A program made the position numbers and the translations under genes. DNA of 64,000 nucleotides from Dendrobates tinctorius (taxonomy: Eukaryota): positions 58,652,001-58,716,000 of the forward strand of contig NW_027361728.1 of assembly GCF_039654945.1 (NCBI RefSeq), in the 5' to 3' direction. The notes beneath the pieces were generated by a model that did no database searches, was not told the DNA's origin, and was given only the letters and a program-made list of their open reading frames with translations. Of the stretch, positions 62,674 through 64,000 are shown piece by piece (the first letter of the stretch is position 1; each line of letters begins with the position of its first letter).

Positions 62674-63443
62674 CTGCAGAGAACAAGATAAAAGGTGTAG
62701 AATAAATGATGGTGGAAACAGAACGAAACACAGATCTGTCCTACCTTGATCTAACAAATGACCATGAGGTTCAGGAGAGGATAGCCCCACTTGATAGGGC
62801 GAAGTCAGATGGCCTTATAACACAGACGACGATCGCATCACAAAGCTTGGACTGGCTGGCGACTCTCCTGGCCTGAGCGTGACAGCATGTATTTCTATGC
62901 AGGTGTCACGCTCGTGTCAGGTTAGCCAGCGGCCAGTCCGTGCTCTGCGATGTGATCGCTGTCAGTGTTATATGGACGTCTGACTGTGCCCTTTCTCTGG
63001 TGTACAAAACCTTGTAAAGTAGAGTTGCATTTGTCCCTATAGCTGGTATTTGTAAACCAAAGCAACAAGACTTTGTCCGTTTTTTAGGAGGGGGTATGTG
63101 TACTAAAAAATGGACCTCTATTATAAGTGTGCCTGATCCAATTTTCATCCAATTCGTTAATACCTTATTACCGTAAGGGTGAAAAACATTTTTTTTGTAT
63201 GCAAAAAAAAGTTCCCCCCCCCCCCCCCCCAAAAAAAAAAAAAAAAAAAAAGAACAATACTAGAAAAAAAGGAAAACGTGGACATGGAATTAGACAACAA
63301 TTGGTAAGTGTTCTTACTAGAAAAAGCACAGCTACAACATATATGTGAAACATAAATATGTGAATGAGACCTAACATCCATATGAAAGAAGTGATTCTGA
63401 TAGGATATTCAATTTGAGGAGACATGCACCGTGTGTCAGGTGT

Positions 63444-64000
63444 ACAGTTGTGCCAAAGAGTTTTGAGCCTGACACAAATGTTGGCTTACAGAAAGTTTGT
63501 TGGTTCAGTGTTTTAGTCAAATGTTTCTAGGATTCCTTAAGTACAATTATAAGTATTTCAAAATTTTTTATACTTTTACTGACAAATACATAACGTTTAT
63601 GCAAGGAATCAATATTTATTTTTCAAGACTTCTACAATTCACCCTGGCATTCTGGATATCAGCCACTGAGCCTAATTCTGAATGACGGGAACCCACTTTG
63701 TGCAATCAGTGCTTGGAGTTTCTCACATTTTAATTTCTGTGTTTTTGTTTGTCCCCTCACTTTTTGAGGATTGACCACAGGTTGTCACGGAGATTGAGGT
63801 CTGCAGTTTCCAGAACCCTAATTGTTCTATTCACCCAACCACTTACGGTAGTTATCACTTCCACTTTGTGACATGGTCTCCATTCATGCTGGGAAAAGCA
63901 ATGTTCATCACCAAATTGCTGCTGGATCGTTGGGAGAAGTTAAATATTCTCAAACAGCAACTTTCCTTGATGATCCCCAGAAAAATTAGGTGATGAACTA
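63444..64000. mobile_element. Tc1-like remnant running off the window
   Basis: TA-CAGTTGTGCCAAAGAGTTTTGAG terminus and decayed transposase-like sequence. Confidence 0.55.

Overview
Vertebrate nuclear DNA, most likely a frog (inferred from the TE families and the genes), dominated by nested transposons. Host genes: three clear minus-strand coding exons of MLF1 (62545-62673, 60192-60351, 58014-58155) plus a tentative last exon near 49.8 kb, and the last two coding exons of an unidentified plus-strand gene (2683-2761, 5289-5896). Mobile elements: a decayed Harbinger MADF-BESS gene; a DIRS1 retrotransposon (ITRs plus ICR) interrupted by a near-full-length L1 and a hAT MITE; a Neptune-type Penelope-like element; a 16-kb nested hAT stack holding an 8.3-kb hAT transposase element; two solo LTRs; an intact, young Tf1/sushi-type chromoviral Ty3/Gypsy; and many MITEs and Tc1 remnants. 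The main unexplained observations are: (1) a condensed 18S rRNA-derived segment inside the hAT transposon, next to a duplicated piece of the transposase 5' region, with the transposase bracketed by two 7 x 130-bp arrays; (2) an apparent programmed -1 frameshift (A_AAA_AAC) joining an upstream ORF to the RT-endonuclease ORF in the Penelope-like element; (3) a visible self-priming PBS in the Gypsy element. All identifications were made by eye from remembered motifs; no database search was run.
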